DNA of 63,858 nt, filler included, from Hausera hauseri (GCA_046269625.1; 12 parts of 12 records of this genome joined end to end with filler, not necessarily neighbours in it), one strand, 5' to 3'; numbered from the whole stretch's first letter, positions 23,929-37,591 are shown. The notes: a model not told the origin generated them from the letters alone. Numbers and translations: made by a program.

Positions 23929-24445
23929 ATGTCTTTTAAGCCTAAGGAAGCAAATTTCGATCCAACATTGAGATGGTACAGATAGGAAATTGAGTATGCT
24001 GAACGCGAATATCTAGTCAAAAGTTCGAAATTCGAAGATTTTCGAACTCGAAAATCGAAGTTCAAACTATTAGAAAAATCTAATGGCGGGAATATATTTC
24101 TCGTATTTGAAACCCCCTATGTGCATAAAAATTATGTCACGAAAGTGTACTATATAGATACAAAATCAATATTTCGAAGTAAGCAAAATGTGTATTTAAA
24201 TTGCGATGAAGCGGAAATCGATAAATGTAATAGCGGGGCTGGATAGGAAAGTATATGTAGAAAATCGGAATATGAAGTTAGATAATCAAAAACATTATTC
24301 GAACTCGAAGAAATATCGATTCGAACTCAAATATTCGATGAAGCGTGCATTATTTGAAGAATGTAATGGCACAAATCAGTTCAGCATATATGAAAACCTA
24401 TTGGGAAATGGTGCGCGCGATATTATAAATCACTTGATGCATTAA
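23929..24445 (+). pseudogene. Unknown disrupted ORF upstream of pPolB
   Basis: ATG at 23929 with coding-like composition; contains stops and a frameshift. Confidence 0.3.
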
Positions 24446-24612
24446 AGCAAAACGAAGAAAATGGCATAAGTATGTGACAACTTCATGTAATTGATGCATT
24501 AAAACAAATGCACATTTATATATTGGCTATACAATTTTCGTTGCCGAATTTACCCCACCATTAAAATTATTTCATTACATGTATTTTACTATATCAAAAT
24601 TATTTTTCATAT

Positions 24613-27414
24613 ATGGTAAGTCTTTTTCTTATTTGTTGGCATCAGATAATTTTGTTTTTAGATGTGCAAATTGTACAAAGAATGTCTGGCTCCAATATAT
24701 GAACCAGAAACCTGTAATAGTACCATGATCAAATACAATGGCCACATGTTCAATAGGGTACTATACTGTATATGCCCTACATGTGAGGTTGTGTGCTGGA
24801 CAGTGTACAATGAATTCTACGACTCACATAAACGTCACTTGACATCCTTCGTCAAATCAAAAAAAGAAATATTCTATAGCAATATTCCAACAATGTCTAA
24901 CGTACCAAAAGAAAACAAAATGTGTTGTTCATATATGTATTCCACATGCACAATACATAATCCTGACAATTGCCACAATTCCATGAGGATTTATTATGGC
25001 CACAAATTCAATCGAATACTTTATTATATTTGCCCCTGGTGTGAGACTGTATGCCAGGACGAGTACATGCAGTTCTATGAGGATCATAAGGATCATCTGG
25101 CCGACTTTTCATCAAAGTCAAAGAAGTTTATATTTAATAAGCATAGGCCAGCTTTACAGTCCGCAGTCCCGTCCACAAGAGTAAAATGTCCATCAGCTCC
25201 ATCAGGCTCAACAGGTGTAGCGGCTCCACCAAAAAGCCAAAGACAGAGGCCAGTAGATGCTGCTGCATTAAATAATAAAATCCAAAAATGTGTCATTGAT
25301 GAAGCTGGACAAACAACCATCAAAGAGTTCCTGGAATATACAAAGGAAGAAACAGAGGGCATTCTCTAGAACAGTATGACTAAGCTCAAGGCCCTTAAAG
25401 TTAATATGAAAGTTGAGACCACATACGTCAATGTGAAAGCGGAGGAATCCGCTACGGCCTTCAAGACCAAATATAGGCCTATATTGGAAAGCACAAATAT
25501 AGCTAAATAGCTGCATGAAGAACACACGATGCTGATCCGTAAATCTGATGAGAGCCAGAGTAAAAAGAGCGCATGGGCTTTAGCAACCGTCAAGAAACTG
25601 ATTACATATGTGCACAGATACTCCCCCATGCGGGGCAGTTCATATATACAGCTTCCTGAATAGATCACTAATAAAAAGGCATGTGTCAATGTCAATAATA
25701 TCGACATGTATGCTATTTTATGTCAACTCGTACGGGATCAAATGCATTCTTACCGTGTTTCTCTATATAATTATCTTCAACATAACTACGACTTTCAGTG
25801 TATTACATTACCTCCATCCTTAGATGAAATCAAGAAGTTCAGCCGCATTAATAACATATCAATCAATATCTTTGGATTGGATGAGTAGGACAAATTCTAC
25901 CCTTTACAAATATGTAATGATGAATAAAAAGATCATAGGGATCTGCTCCTGCTAGACGATGGTGATAAAAACCATTATGTTTGGATCATGAATTTTAAGC
26001 GTTTATTCAGTTCCCAAATAACAAAGAATGAACACGAAATTGAAATATGTAAAAGATGCTTATTGCATTTCAGCGGTAAGTTAGCTGTGCAGGAACTGAA
26101 GGAACATAAAATGTGTTGTAACATCAATTATTTTGTAAGGCCAGAATTTTCCAAAGAGGACTATATCGAATTTAAGGAATTTGAGAAGACGATCAAGGTC
26201 CCAGTTGTTATCTATTGTGATTTGAGGCCATCATCAAGCCAGTTCACACATGCAGTCCCAGTTTTCAACATAGCAGTACAACGGCATACCAACATCACGA
26301 ATTATCATCATATTGTATGTATGTCAAAGGATTGCACAGTAAACCATATCTATTCAGGGGTACAAGTGCAGCAGCACATTTCATGGAGAGACTTGAAAAC
26401 ATGGCTCATAATTTAAAAAAGATGCGACAACAACATAAGAACGACATGAGCATGTACTGGATACAAGAACAAGAATGTGCAAGGCAGCATCATGCTACTT
26501 GTGTGACAAGTCCTTCACCAAGGAAAATTGGAAAGTTAAGGATTACTGCCATTTTACAGATACATATCGTGACGCAGCATGAAACAACTGCAATCTACGA
26601 TGCAAAATATGCACATATGTGCCTGTGGTATTCCACAATCTCAGCGGCTATGACAGCCACTTCATAGTACGATAATTAGGCAATATTGATGGCAATATAA
26701 AAGTGATTTCCAGCAGTGAGGCGAAATATATCACTTTCACTAAGCATGCTGGAAAAATTCGATTTCGATTCATTGATAGTTTCCGATTCATGTCGTCTTC
26801 ATTGGACAGTTTAGTAAAGAACCTGCCTACCGAAGAACTCAGGGCAACGAAGCAATTCTCTCCGGATACCTTCGACTTGGTTAAAAGGAAAGGAGTGTTT
26901 CCCTATGACTATATAACATCATGGGAAACACTGGATGAGTCCTTATTACCTCCCAAGGATGGATTTTACAGCCAGTTGTCAGATAGTGATATCAGTAATT
27001 AGGATTACCAACATGCTCAGAACGTCTGACAGGCATTCCAATGCAGAATATTAGGGGAATATAGTGATATATATCTTCAAACCGATGTGCTTCTGCTAAC
27101 ATGTATTTGAAAGTTTTAGGGATGTCACAATGAAGAGCCATACTTTGGATCCAGCTCATTTCTTCGCGGCTTCAGGTATGAGCTGGACAGCAATACTGCG
27201 CTATACTGGTATCAGGCTACAAATTATTAAGGACTATGACATGATCCTTATAATTGAAAGAGACATTAGAGGAGGAATATGCCAAGCCATTCACCGGTAT
27301 AGGAAGGCCAACAACAAGTATATGGCTGAATACGACACAACAAAGGAGTCATCATATATTTCCTACCTGGATGCCAACAACTTGTATGGATGGGCAATGA
27401 GCGCCCCATTGCCA
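24613..27414 (+). pseudogene. polB: Protein-primed family B DNA polymerase (Polinton/adintovirus type), degenerate and 3'-truncated
   Basis: PMRGSSYIQLP...KKACVNV, VVIYCD (ExoI), endonuclease VII-like Cys cluster, VFHNLSGYDSHF (ExoII), RFIDSFRFMSSSLDSLVKNL, KGVFPYDY, YLDANNLYGWAMSAPLP. Confidence 0.9.
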
Positions 27415-28299
27415 NNNNNNNNNNNNNNNNNNNNNNNNNNNNNNNNNNNNNNNNNNNNTTAATTAATTAANNNNNNNNNNNNNNNNNNNNNNNNNNNNNN
27501 NNNNNNNNNNNNNNTTTTGGTCTATGTTGTTGTACAACAGCTCGCATTGTATTACATCAAACATAAGACTGACACACTTTAAACTAGTACATGACGTAAA
27601 CTTTTGATTCTGACACAGATACTTAGGCCACTTTAAACATTACTAGAATCTGTATAAAAATGTTTTATCTATGCGATTTTTTTAAAAAATAAGGTTACTG
27701 CAGAGACAGGCATTGCTTGTCTGTTTTACAATTTGAATTTGGAATTGATGTAATGTATACTGTTCTTTACGTAAGTTTGACAAACTATAACTTAACTAAC
27801 TAAGTTAACTAATCCTCTCACACGTAAGAGCGTCTATTGAAATCTGGAGTTACTGTGCTTACTTTCTTGATCAAAGGCACATGACTAGGTTCTATGGTCA
27901 ACGGGACTCAGTAGAATCCAGGTAACACGTCCCACACAGTGCCTAACAAAAAATCTGGGCGGAAGAGTTTATGATTTTGTTTCTCTTTAATCGACCCGTA
28001 AAAAACCAATTGATCTCTGGGTAGTGACTCTGAAGTACAGTCCAGGTGGGGACAGAGGAAAGCGAGATCTGGAGACGGAATACAGAAAGAGATAAAACTG
28101 AATTAAAAACCTGAACTTGTTTAGCTAAGACAGATCTAGATTTCTTATGTCAAAGAAATTAAGAAGACGCTAGTAGTGAGCGACATAAAATGATTAAAGG
28201 TATGACTGATTTCAATGTGTCAGTGAACTTCTCTTTGAACAAAGGATGGCAAATATTGAATTCATGCACATTTTAAAGTTAATTAGCATAATTAAAGCC

Positions 28300-28530
28300 T
28301 TCTACTGCTACTCCTATTCCGACGACTGCCGCTACTACTATTTCTCATATTAATACTACTAATACCGCTACTGCTACTTCTACTGCTAGCTATTGCTATT
28401 TCTACTACCTACCACTACTACTGCTACTGCTACTATTACTACTATAAATGCTGCTGCCATAATTGCTACCTTGCTACCACCACTATTAAATTGTAACTAC
28501 TAATTCTACCATTATTAGTAATAATACTGC
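28300..28530. repeat. Degenerate (ACT/GCT)n trinucleotide repeat
   Basis: CTACTGCTACT-type low-complexity tract. Confidence 0.85.
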
Positions 28531-28619
28531 TGCCTGTAATTTTTTGTTCACTCTACTGGGGAAAATAGGACTTTATTTGGAGATCTCCACATCCGCCGAT
28601 TTAATACTTTTTTCTTTAC

Positions 28620-28915
28620 CTCACCATTTTACAAGAAGCAGATGCAGAATGAACATTTATCAGGAAGATCAGAAAGAGACAAGCATCTATGATTAGCCAT
28701 GTTTTAAGCAAAGAAAGTCTGGAGAACTGGGTCGCGACAAGCAAAATACCAGGAAATAAAAGTAGTGGACGACAGAGCATGAAGTATTTGGATGGTTTGC
28801 ATGGATGGCTTGGACGTAAATCAACAGCAGAGATGATTGGAGACACCAAGAATCTCGAGAAATTGAGATCCATGACAACCTACGCTTCACAGCATGGCAC
28901 TAATGATGATGATTA
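28620..28915 (+). mobile_element. RTE-clade LINE 3' end fragment
   Basis: IRKRQ....HVL.KESLEN....KIPG.KSSGRQ..KYLDGL followed by a (GAT)n tail. Confidence 0.75.
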
Positions 28916-30694
28916 TTTCAACCAAAGACTTATTTCTTACGTTAATTTGTTCATCGAGAGTCGTTCTCCAGATTGTGATTGTTTTCGACCCTACACCGTC
29001 CATGTGGTTTACATTGTAAGTCATATCTAACAATGTTATTCTTCTATCTGCGCGATGTCACCCGTGATTTTTCATCTCATGTAATCGATTCCGAAAGCGT
29101 GTTATTTTTGTATAACTATGGCGTCTCCTGCACCTTGTGTGATTTTACAAGAAACATGTATTGGCCCCTTGCTCAATGCAGCTTAGTCAGTTCTTGCCTG
29201 TTTCAGGATACATGTGACCTCACAGGAGTTGTATGAATTTATTACCCAGTGTTTTCGTAATAGTTTTTAAGCGCAGGAGGAGAATGATGACAGTTCATGC
29301 GTATTTTAGAGCGATGATTACTTCTACTTTTTTAAAAAAATTGAGGAGTAAACCATACACTTATCTCCTTTGAGACTGTTTGCATATGCGTGTATGGAAA
29401 TAACATAAAACAATATAGAATAGCAATGTAACTGGTATCTTTGACCATCACAAGCTGGGGAAATAATGAGGAGGGATAGAACCAACCACCGACTAGTCCG
29501 GAGTGCAGTGATGATGATCCAGCTCCTAACTCAGAATAACCATGTATGCTAAAATGAAATTTGATAACAAAAGGTGAAAACCGTGAAAAAGCTAATGTTC
29601 GATTTAAGCAAAGGTTGGAAAAAGGAACGCAAAAAATGAAGCCAATAATTGCTTCTAATAAGATAACAAGTTTTATGATATTACAGCATGAAAGCCATTT
29701 TAACGGCGTTTGATACGACATACGCTTACATGAAAGTCAATTTAACGGCGTTGATAATAGATATTGTGATAAGAAAGCCATTTGCTGGTCACTAGAAGGT
29801 TCATTCGTTCGTTCCTTCGTTCGCCGAATCTCCTGTAGGTGTGAGTGTTAGTTTGTTGCAACCGATGCAGTCGTACTCACCTGTACACCCATAACGTTCT
29901 AACATAAGAAGTTCACATGCCTTTAACGGATCCCGGCACTTGCAAGGCAAGTCCCACCACCACGAGTATTGTGTCTTATAGGCTGTTGTTGTTGTTCGAA
30001 ATCCACATCACCGAGCGTCAGCTCTTTTGAATGAGCCATGAGAAGGGTTGTTGCAGTCCTAAGAAGGACTATGGAGGAGGACAGCTGAGCTTTTCTGCTG
30101 TCTTGGTGGTGTCTAGGAGGTGGACTGAGGTCTTTCCTTGGGTAGGGCAATACCTGGCATTCCAGAAGTGTTCTAGCAATCAATTGAAGACCATCCCGAA
30201 CCTTCTCCTTTAGCCCGCAGGTTTCCCTACCGTTGCCCTGAGGCACGACTTGGGCGTGGGCAGAGGATCTTCACTGCTTATGATTCGTCAGCCCTGACAC
30301 TGTGTATCAGGGCCGACTATGGGTCGCCACTTTAATAAAGTACCTCCATTTTCGTGTCTGACAAGTAATTGGTTAAAATGGATTGTTTGTTTTAGTTGTC
30401 ATAGATTTATCATGTCACGTTTTTCCATACTTGATAAATTGATTTTTACTATTGCAGAATGGCAAATCTGACAAGCATGACTTAGTAAACATCACGTGAC
30501 GGGAAGACGCTATCTCAGAGCCTGCTGGAAGAAGTCAACGGTTTATGCAATACCAAAACGTATACCTTGTTAAATCAGGTTGCTAAAATTTCATAATGAC
30601 AAAGACGAGAACTACTGTCATACACCTATAGTCTAGGCTTTGTTCTGCAGGTCTGAAAATTTATAAAATTTAAATTTTTGAAAAACAAGGAAAT

Positions 30695-31942
30695 ATGGTT
30701 CAAATAGCAGCACAATCGGAAAACGTCATTCTAGAATCTTCAGAAATGTCAAATAATGCAAGCTTAGCTAAAGAGATGCAGTCTTTAGGAAGTCTATCGG
30801 ATGTTGAGATTACCCCAATTATCATAGGCGTCGCTTGTGTTATTATAGCTGGGGTCATCATTACAATTTTTATTTTTGTTTTGAAACGTAAAAGAAAATG
30901 TTTATTCAGCTCAATGGGAGAGTTTACACACGTCAAGAAGTCTTCAGCACCTTTAGCGAAAAACGAGATCCCTCCAGACTCAACTGTTTTGAATTCGGCG
31001 ACCACACCTGATGAACATGACTGTGAACTTTATATCAACTGCAGACTGGACAGTGTTCTACCAAACAAGCATCCTCAAAGAGGTCTACATTTAACACTTG
31101 AGAACCAACATTCTGCAGAAATACTGTATGAGGCCAAATCTGATGAACCACCGACACCTGAAAGTTCCTGTCTGTCTACAGACGAATCCATCTATTCCAA
31201 CACTTCACCATTGATTTCTCCGTTAACAATGTCACAATACAAAACATCTAAACTGCATAGGACAAAATCTGATGAGCCACCGACACCTGAAAGTTGCGAT
31301 ATGTCTACAGACGAGTCTGTCTATTCCAACACTTCACCGCTGATTTTCCCAAAGCACAGTTTATCGATGTCAACAAATCAAAGAACTAAACTACATTTAT
31401 CTGATCAGGAACGAATAAACAACATTAATGAATGCAAAGAAAATAATCAAAAACAAAAGAAATCCTCTGGAAACGGATTACATGCGAATTCTGTCATTCA
31501 GAATTGCGACAATTTATATACTAACTCTGATCAAACAGAGACTAATCTGATGCAAAGCAGGACAGAGGTTGTCTCGATTATAGACACAGTTTACAATTTT
31601 CGTCTTATTGATCCTTACACAGAAGTTACACCTTATTTAATGTACCAGAATAGTGAAACCGTTTCACTATCGAATGCAGGCATCGATACAAGAACCACAC
31701 ATGACAATGTCGAATACTTAAATAATCCAAATTCCTTCATAGCCACGAATAAATCAATTTATCAGAATTTTGTCAAATCAGAACCAGAGCTATTTGAAAG
31801 TGTTGCTTATGAGCGTTTCGAAATTGTAAATAGCAATTTTCTCACAAGTACAGAAGTTGATGAAGACTCCCAAAGCGTGTACAGCCATCTTGGTGAAGAT
31901 TTTCGTTGTCCGGTAAACATTTACGATGTTCTGTCAGAATGA
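30695..31942 (+). CDS. Host single-pass membrane protein with long Tyr-motif-rich cytoplasmic tail
   Basis: Intact 415-aa ORF. TM IIIGVACVIIAGVIITIFIFVL followed by KRKRK. Internal duplication KSDEPPTPES...STDES(I/V)YSNTSPLI. AATAAA at about 31966. Confidence 0.75.
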   Translation: MVQIAAQSENVILESSEMSNNASLAKEMQSLGSLSDVEITPIIIGVACVIIAGVIITIFIFVLKRKRKCLFSSMGEFTHVKKSSAPLAKNEIPPDSTVLNSATTPDEHDCELYINCRLDSVLPNKHPQRGLHLTLENQHSAEILYEAKSDEPPTPESSCLSTDESIYSNTSPLISPLTMSQYKTSKLHRTKSDEPPTPESCDMSTDESVYSNTSPLIFPKHSLSMSTNQRTKLHLSDQERINNINECKENNQKQKKSSGNGLHANSVIQNCDNLYTNSDQTETNLMQSRTEVVSIIDTVYNFRLIDPYTEVTPYLMYQNSETVSLSNAGIDTRTTHDNVEYLNNPNSFIATNKSIYQNFVKSEPELFESVAYERFEIVNSNFLTSTEVDEDSQSVYSHLGEDFRCPVNIYDVLSE

Positions 31943-32116
31943 GAACTGGTGAAACAAAACTGCAAATAAATGACATGCTGACGATGTAAACAATTTAATA
32001 TAATAGATGAAGACACCGTGATTATGTATTTACTGGTTTGGAAAAGCTAATGCTCACAATATATTGACTTAGTTCACTGAAATAAACATCAGATGAATAG
32101 TATTCTAAGATTTTAT

Positions 32117-32153
32117 TGATTGATTGATTGATTGACTGATTGTTTGATTGATT
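32117..32153. repeat. (GATT)n microsatellite
   Basis: TGATTGATTGATT run. Confidence 0.9.
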
Positions 32154-32479
32154 GCCTCGTTTAGGCAACTTCTTTGTGTCCATTTTAAAGTACTAGCTGG
32201 ATAGCAAGGCGTTCAGCGATCAGACCGTTTTAGGTTTGTAAGACCGTTTGCGATAGGATCCAGTGAAGGACACCTTGTATCACCTTCATTGGTCGAATTG
32301 TGTTGCGAAAAGAAATCTAAAACCCACACATTAGAGTATGCGTAGACTTGTCTTTGATCTACAGTCATCGAGCATTATCTCTTGTTGACTTTGATGAGAA
32401 TATATGGCACTGTGCAGTTTTCATAAGCTGCATTGGGCTGCTATGTAGGAAGGACACTGTATATGTTTGGGTTGTCCAG

Positions 32480-33017
32480 TGGTAGAGTCCGTCTTAGCTC
32501 CTGGTGTGTGGAGCAAGACAGCAGGTAGTGGAGTGCTTCACTGTCTCATTTTTGTGTGTACAATGTCTGCATCTTGCTGGTCTCTGTGGGCCTAGTCTGT
32601 TTCTGTGAGCATTTAATGTAGAGTGGCCAGTTCTTCTGTGTCTGACGGAATGATTACAGCCCCAAACCTGCATTAACTGCAGTATTAAATGCTGACCCAT
32701 CTGTGTAAACATGGATAAAATCTTCGTAATGACAGATATTTTCCAGTGCAAGTGTTTTAGCAATGTAGTCAGGAGGCTCATCTTCTGGACAGAGGAGATT
32801 TGTGCATATTGTTGGTGTTCTCAGTTCTATTTGAGGTGGAGGATTAGGTACAGATATTGTTGACATTCTTGTCTCTGGTAGCTAATGCTTCTCTTTAAAT
32901 TATTGCATGAAAGAAGTTTTCTTGATTCGTCTCCTGGGTTCGTAGTTAGTTTCAATCTTCTTGTAAGGATCTTTTCTCAGAAATCGGTCTGCTGTTATTA
33001 TAACTGCCCTTTCTCTA
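32480..33017 (-). mobile_element. RNase H-containing LINE (I/Nimb-like) 3' fragment
   Basis: IHVYTDGSA (RNase H) and RTGH..LNAH..R...CRHC...ETVKH...C C-terminal knuckle. Confidence 0.7.
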
Positions 33018-33121
33018 NNNNNNNNNNNNNNNNNNNNNNNNNNNNNNNNNNNNNNNNNNNNTTAATTAATTAANNNNNNNNNNNNNNNNNNNNNNNNNNN
33101 NNNNNNNNNNNNNNNNNCTAT

Positions 33122-33834
33122 TGTACGAAATTAGGAATTTGTACAAAATTAAAGAAGGAATTTAGCAATAAATTGGTATATTTTACAGAATTTTGGAGAA
33201 AGCATTGAATTGATATTAATTTTTAAATAAGAAAATACTGAAAAATACAGTTAAAACTGATTATAATTCCAAGAATAAATCAGTCACGTACACAGTCGTA
33301 TTACTATATAAACCAGCAGGTTTTAGAACAATTTGAGTTTTTGTGAAGCCGCTGAGCTTTGAAGCTGCGAAAAGTTGTCTTGATTAAACCGAAGCTATTG
33401 GAGACCATTGTATTTTCTTAGAGAAGTGAAGCTGAACTGCTAAATTGCCGAAAAGAAGAGGATTCTAGAAGCTGTCAAGGAGCATAAATTCAGAAAACTA
33501 GTTATTAATTTCGATTTGATACGTGGAGTGTCGAGTAATTGTTTTGTATAAATATACTGTTTATTCTAAAATTCTAAGTTTTTCATTGCCCTTTAAGGGT
33601 AATTTGACGACACTAAGGTATTAAAATCCACTGTATATTATATAGGTAAGAGAAGATTTTCTAAACATTTGCAAAGGACCGCAAGCAGTACACGCACTAC
33701 TGATTAATTAAATTGATTTAAGGTACATTCTGTCTACGCGATAACGGTAGACCTTACCTGCTCAAAATATTAACTTCAAGTGTAACTATTGTTATATAGA
33801 GGGAGTTCATTGAGGGCCACCCCAATATATAACA
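33122..33834 (+). mobile_element. Probable solo or 3' LTR
   Basis: TGTA...TAACA ends and TATATAAA at about 33305. Its end resembles the LTR at 62845-63381. No PBS follows and no TSD is visible. Confidence 0.4.
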
Positions 33835-34245
33835 ATTCTATTCCTATCAACCAAAAAACGCAAATTTATTAAATTTGTGCGAATGTTTGTTTTCTCAAAA
33901 TCCGATTCTATGGCAGTTTTTGTAATTTTAGCAGAAACATTATAGTTTGGAAAAATAATTTTAAAATGGAGATTTTATCGTGGAATGTTATAGTAATTTT
34001 CGTTGTTAAAAATGTTTGGACGGATCACCTGTACTGGTTGGTTTTGGTGATTTGGGAAACGAAATTTTGCATGTGGTCAGATCGAGATGGAATGTTTCGT
34101 CTGCTCGGTAGATTTTTTGTGTCAAAAGCTGACAACCAAATGACAACGGTGTTGTGGAATATGCAAGTTCCATAATGCGACAACGGTTGTGAAATGACTC
34201 ACTAACCCTGTCAAATTGAAAATTGTTGGGTTTATTATCGAGCTT

Positions 34246-37200
34246 CTAATGAGTCGCCTGGTTGTGTGTGGCTTGCCCGTCGCGTATAAAAAGCGGCATG
34301 AGCAAGTGTCGATTCGACACTGTGGGTTCGATCCCCACCTGCTTTGATGCGACGTACATGCTGCGCGCAATCGGGTACTCTTTTTGTCGAGCCTGTAGCG
34401 TTTTAATGAAGTCTAGGTATCTTTCATGCACTCCTGGTGCGACTCGACTCCGGAGCGGCAGGGGTTTAGCTACGTATGGTCGTACGCTTCGTTTCCGGAA
34501 GTATTGGCGTTGGGATAATATTTGTTTCAGTTTGGACTGGGGTTGGGTCATAGGCTACGGGAGTGTCCATATTGAATGGATCAATTCTGTCGTAGTTTTC
34601 TCGAAGCTTGTCTACTTCTCACATGCTTGGTACGTTTTGTTCGATAGGATCTTTGGTATCGGAATCGTGATAGCCGAATGCGGGTTTTACATTCGACAAG
34701 TGGACTATAAGTTCCTCATTGTCGCGCAGTATTTTAGCGTTGTGCTCAGTGATTTCTATGAGTTTGTAGGGGCCCGTGTAGTATGGTTCAAAACCGTGTT
34801 TTTAATGGCTTTCGAGCCAGATAAAGGATGCATCTCGTAGGTTCTTGGGCATGACAGGTTTCTTGTGATTGTCGTGGAATGTAGAGTTCGTGTCTATTGA
34901 CAGGAAATACTTCCGGGCTTGGTTGATAGCAGGAATTGAAGTTACTTCCTCGTTGCTCACCAAATCTTGTGGAAATGTGAGGTGGGCACCAAATAATAGT
35001 TGTGCCGTAGAGGCATTGGTGCTAGTGTTAGGAGTGTTTCTCCATCCTAATAGCACAGTGGGTAACGCATCCAGCCAATTCTTGTTTTTCTGGCAAAGGA
35101 TTCGCAGGGATGATTTGAGTGTACAATGAAATCGTTCAATCAAGCCATTCGCCTGTAGATGATAGGGTGATGTATTTATGTGCTTAGAACCAAGCAATTT
35201 TGTCAATTGGTTAAACATGGCTGACTCAAATTGGGTACCTTGATCTGTTATAATATTTTTGGGCACTCCAAATCGAGAAATCCATGTATTTAGTAACCCA
35301 GCCACAACGCTTTGCGTTGTTAATTGACGGATTGGAATGGCTTGGGGCCATCTTGTTTTCCGGTCCAGAATGGTTAGGATGTACTGATATCCATTACATT
35401 GGGGAAGTGGTCCTACTATGTCCATGTGGATTGTTTCAAACCGTGAACCAGTAGGATAGTGTAAAATAGGGAGTTGTATAGTCTTGTTCGCTTTGTACTG
35501 TTGGCAAAGTAAACATTCTTTTGTCCACCGCTTTATGTCGCTTAGCATGCAAGGCCAACAAACTCTACTGCTCAATAATCTAGCTGTGGCGATGGGTGTT
35601 GTGAATGGTGTCAAACGCCTGTTTCTGTAGGTTTGCTGCCAGAATTTGGCGTGGAAAACCATTGAGGATGGTATTGTAATGTATTCCATCCTTTGTGTCG
35701 ACTGTTTTGAAGAACGTAACATCGTCTTTATGTGGAGGGTTCGATCGGAGAACCTCTTCCGTGAAAATTGGGTCAAAAGATATTGTCAATATCCCAGTTC
35801 TGGAAAAGAAGTCAGCAACTGTGTTATCTTTTGCAGTTATGTGTTCTATCTGGAATGAAAATTTTGATAGGAATGAAATGTGCCGCTCTTGACGAAGGGA
35901 TGGGTTCTTCATACTCATCATGTGAATGAGTGGTTTTTGATCCGTACAGATTGTGAACACATTTTCTTCGAGGAAGTGTCGGAAGTGTTTGACACTGCGG
36001 ATTATGGCTAGTAATTTTCAGTCAAAGGCTGAATAGCGTTGCTCAGCCGAATTAAATTTGTGGGAAAAGAATTCAATTGGAGCATTTCTGCTACCAATTG
36101 ATTGGGCAAGCATGGTGCCTGCAGCGATTGTGAATGCATCTGTCGTTAAGGTAAACGGTGCATCTCGTTTAGGATAGTGTAGTGTGGGTAGGTGGAAAAG
36201 CGCCATCTTTGCCTGGTCAGTCTCATCGGTCCAGTTTACCTGGGATTTCTTGGGTCCTTGGCTTAGAGCAGATAGAGGTGACAAGATTTCCAAGCAATGC
36301 GAAATGTAGCGATGGCAGAAATTGATTGTGCTGAGGAAGCTGCGAAGTCCAGTCACTGTGGATGGCTTCGGTATTTGTTTGATGGATTTTAGTCGCTCAG
36401 GAAGTGGACTGTGACCATGTGATGTTAGTCAAAGTCCGAGAAATACGGCTTCAGTTTTAAAAAATGAACATTTGTTTATGTTCAACTGTAAGTTGTTTTC
36501 ATTCAACCTATAAAACATATGTTCTGGATGTGCTTTGTGAGTCGCTTCATCGTATGATGCAATCAATGTCACCTATATATGGGATTGCATAAGGCATGTC
36601 GATGGAGACTTGGTCTATGTGGCTTTGGAATGTTTGACTTACATTCCTTAAGCCAAAAGGCATACGTAGATACTCAAACAAACCAAAAGGCGTTATTACG
36701 GCTGTTTTTGGAATGTCTTCGGTAGCCACTGGGATCTGGTGGTATGCCCTTTCCAGATCGATTATGCTGAATATTGTTACACCAACGGTGTTGCATAGAA
36801 ATCGTAGATGGTGACGATATTCAACATTCTATAATCACCACAAGGCCGGTATGATCCGTCCTTTTTTGGAACCATGTGCAATGGTGATGCCCACGGTGAT
36901 GTAGAGCGGCGTATGATGCCTGTTTCTTCCAGATGTCTGAATTCGGCTTCCGCAGCTGCTGTCTTGACAGGATCAAGCTCTCTCCGGGGTTGCCGAATCG
37001 GTCGATTACATGATGTGACGAGAAAGTGTGATGTTTTCACCTCTTTCTGTGTTGGTTGTGCTGAGCGCTTCAATAGCTTAGGGTATTGCGCTTGCAGCAA
37101 TAATGCGATGTCAACGGAATTTGCGATTTTTATGCGCTTGACTGCGTTTATGGTTAGAGTGAATGCGGGTGGAGGTAGTGGATTGCTCCCGCTGGTGAGT

Positions 37201-37590
37201 TGTTGATTTCGGCAATGAACTGTGAGATCGTAGTAATCTAGGAAGTCAAAACCAAGCATTGGTTGCATGACATCGGCCAATATGAATGACCAAGTGTATG
37301 ATCGGCCTTGTAAGTGAAATTGTAGGTACAGTGTACCTGTGATTTTTATGCACGTGCCATTGGCAGCTTTGAGCGATGCGTGAGAGACCAGCGTAGGTCT
37401 AGCGTATGCGCTAGGTATCAGCGATAAAGCTGCACCAATGTCGATTAAAATATCGAGCTGTTTCGAGATGTCGGAGTGTAGTAGCTCCACCTCGAGGGTG
37501 AAAATAGCGTCGGCAGTGTGTTCGCTATTTGCATGCGGCAGTTGTGATGGTGGGGTTTCCAGTCGATGTGCCGTTGGTCGTCTTGGCCCA
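34246..37590 (-). pseudogene. pol: Gypsy pol (PR-RT-RH-IN), frameshifted
   Basis: ORFs 36777-37490, 36547-36729, 36018-36356, 35580-35960 and 34802-35776. Confidence 0.92.
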
Positions 37591-37591
37591 T

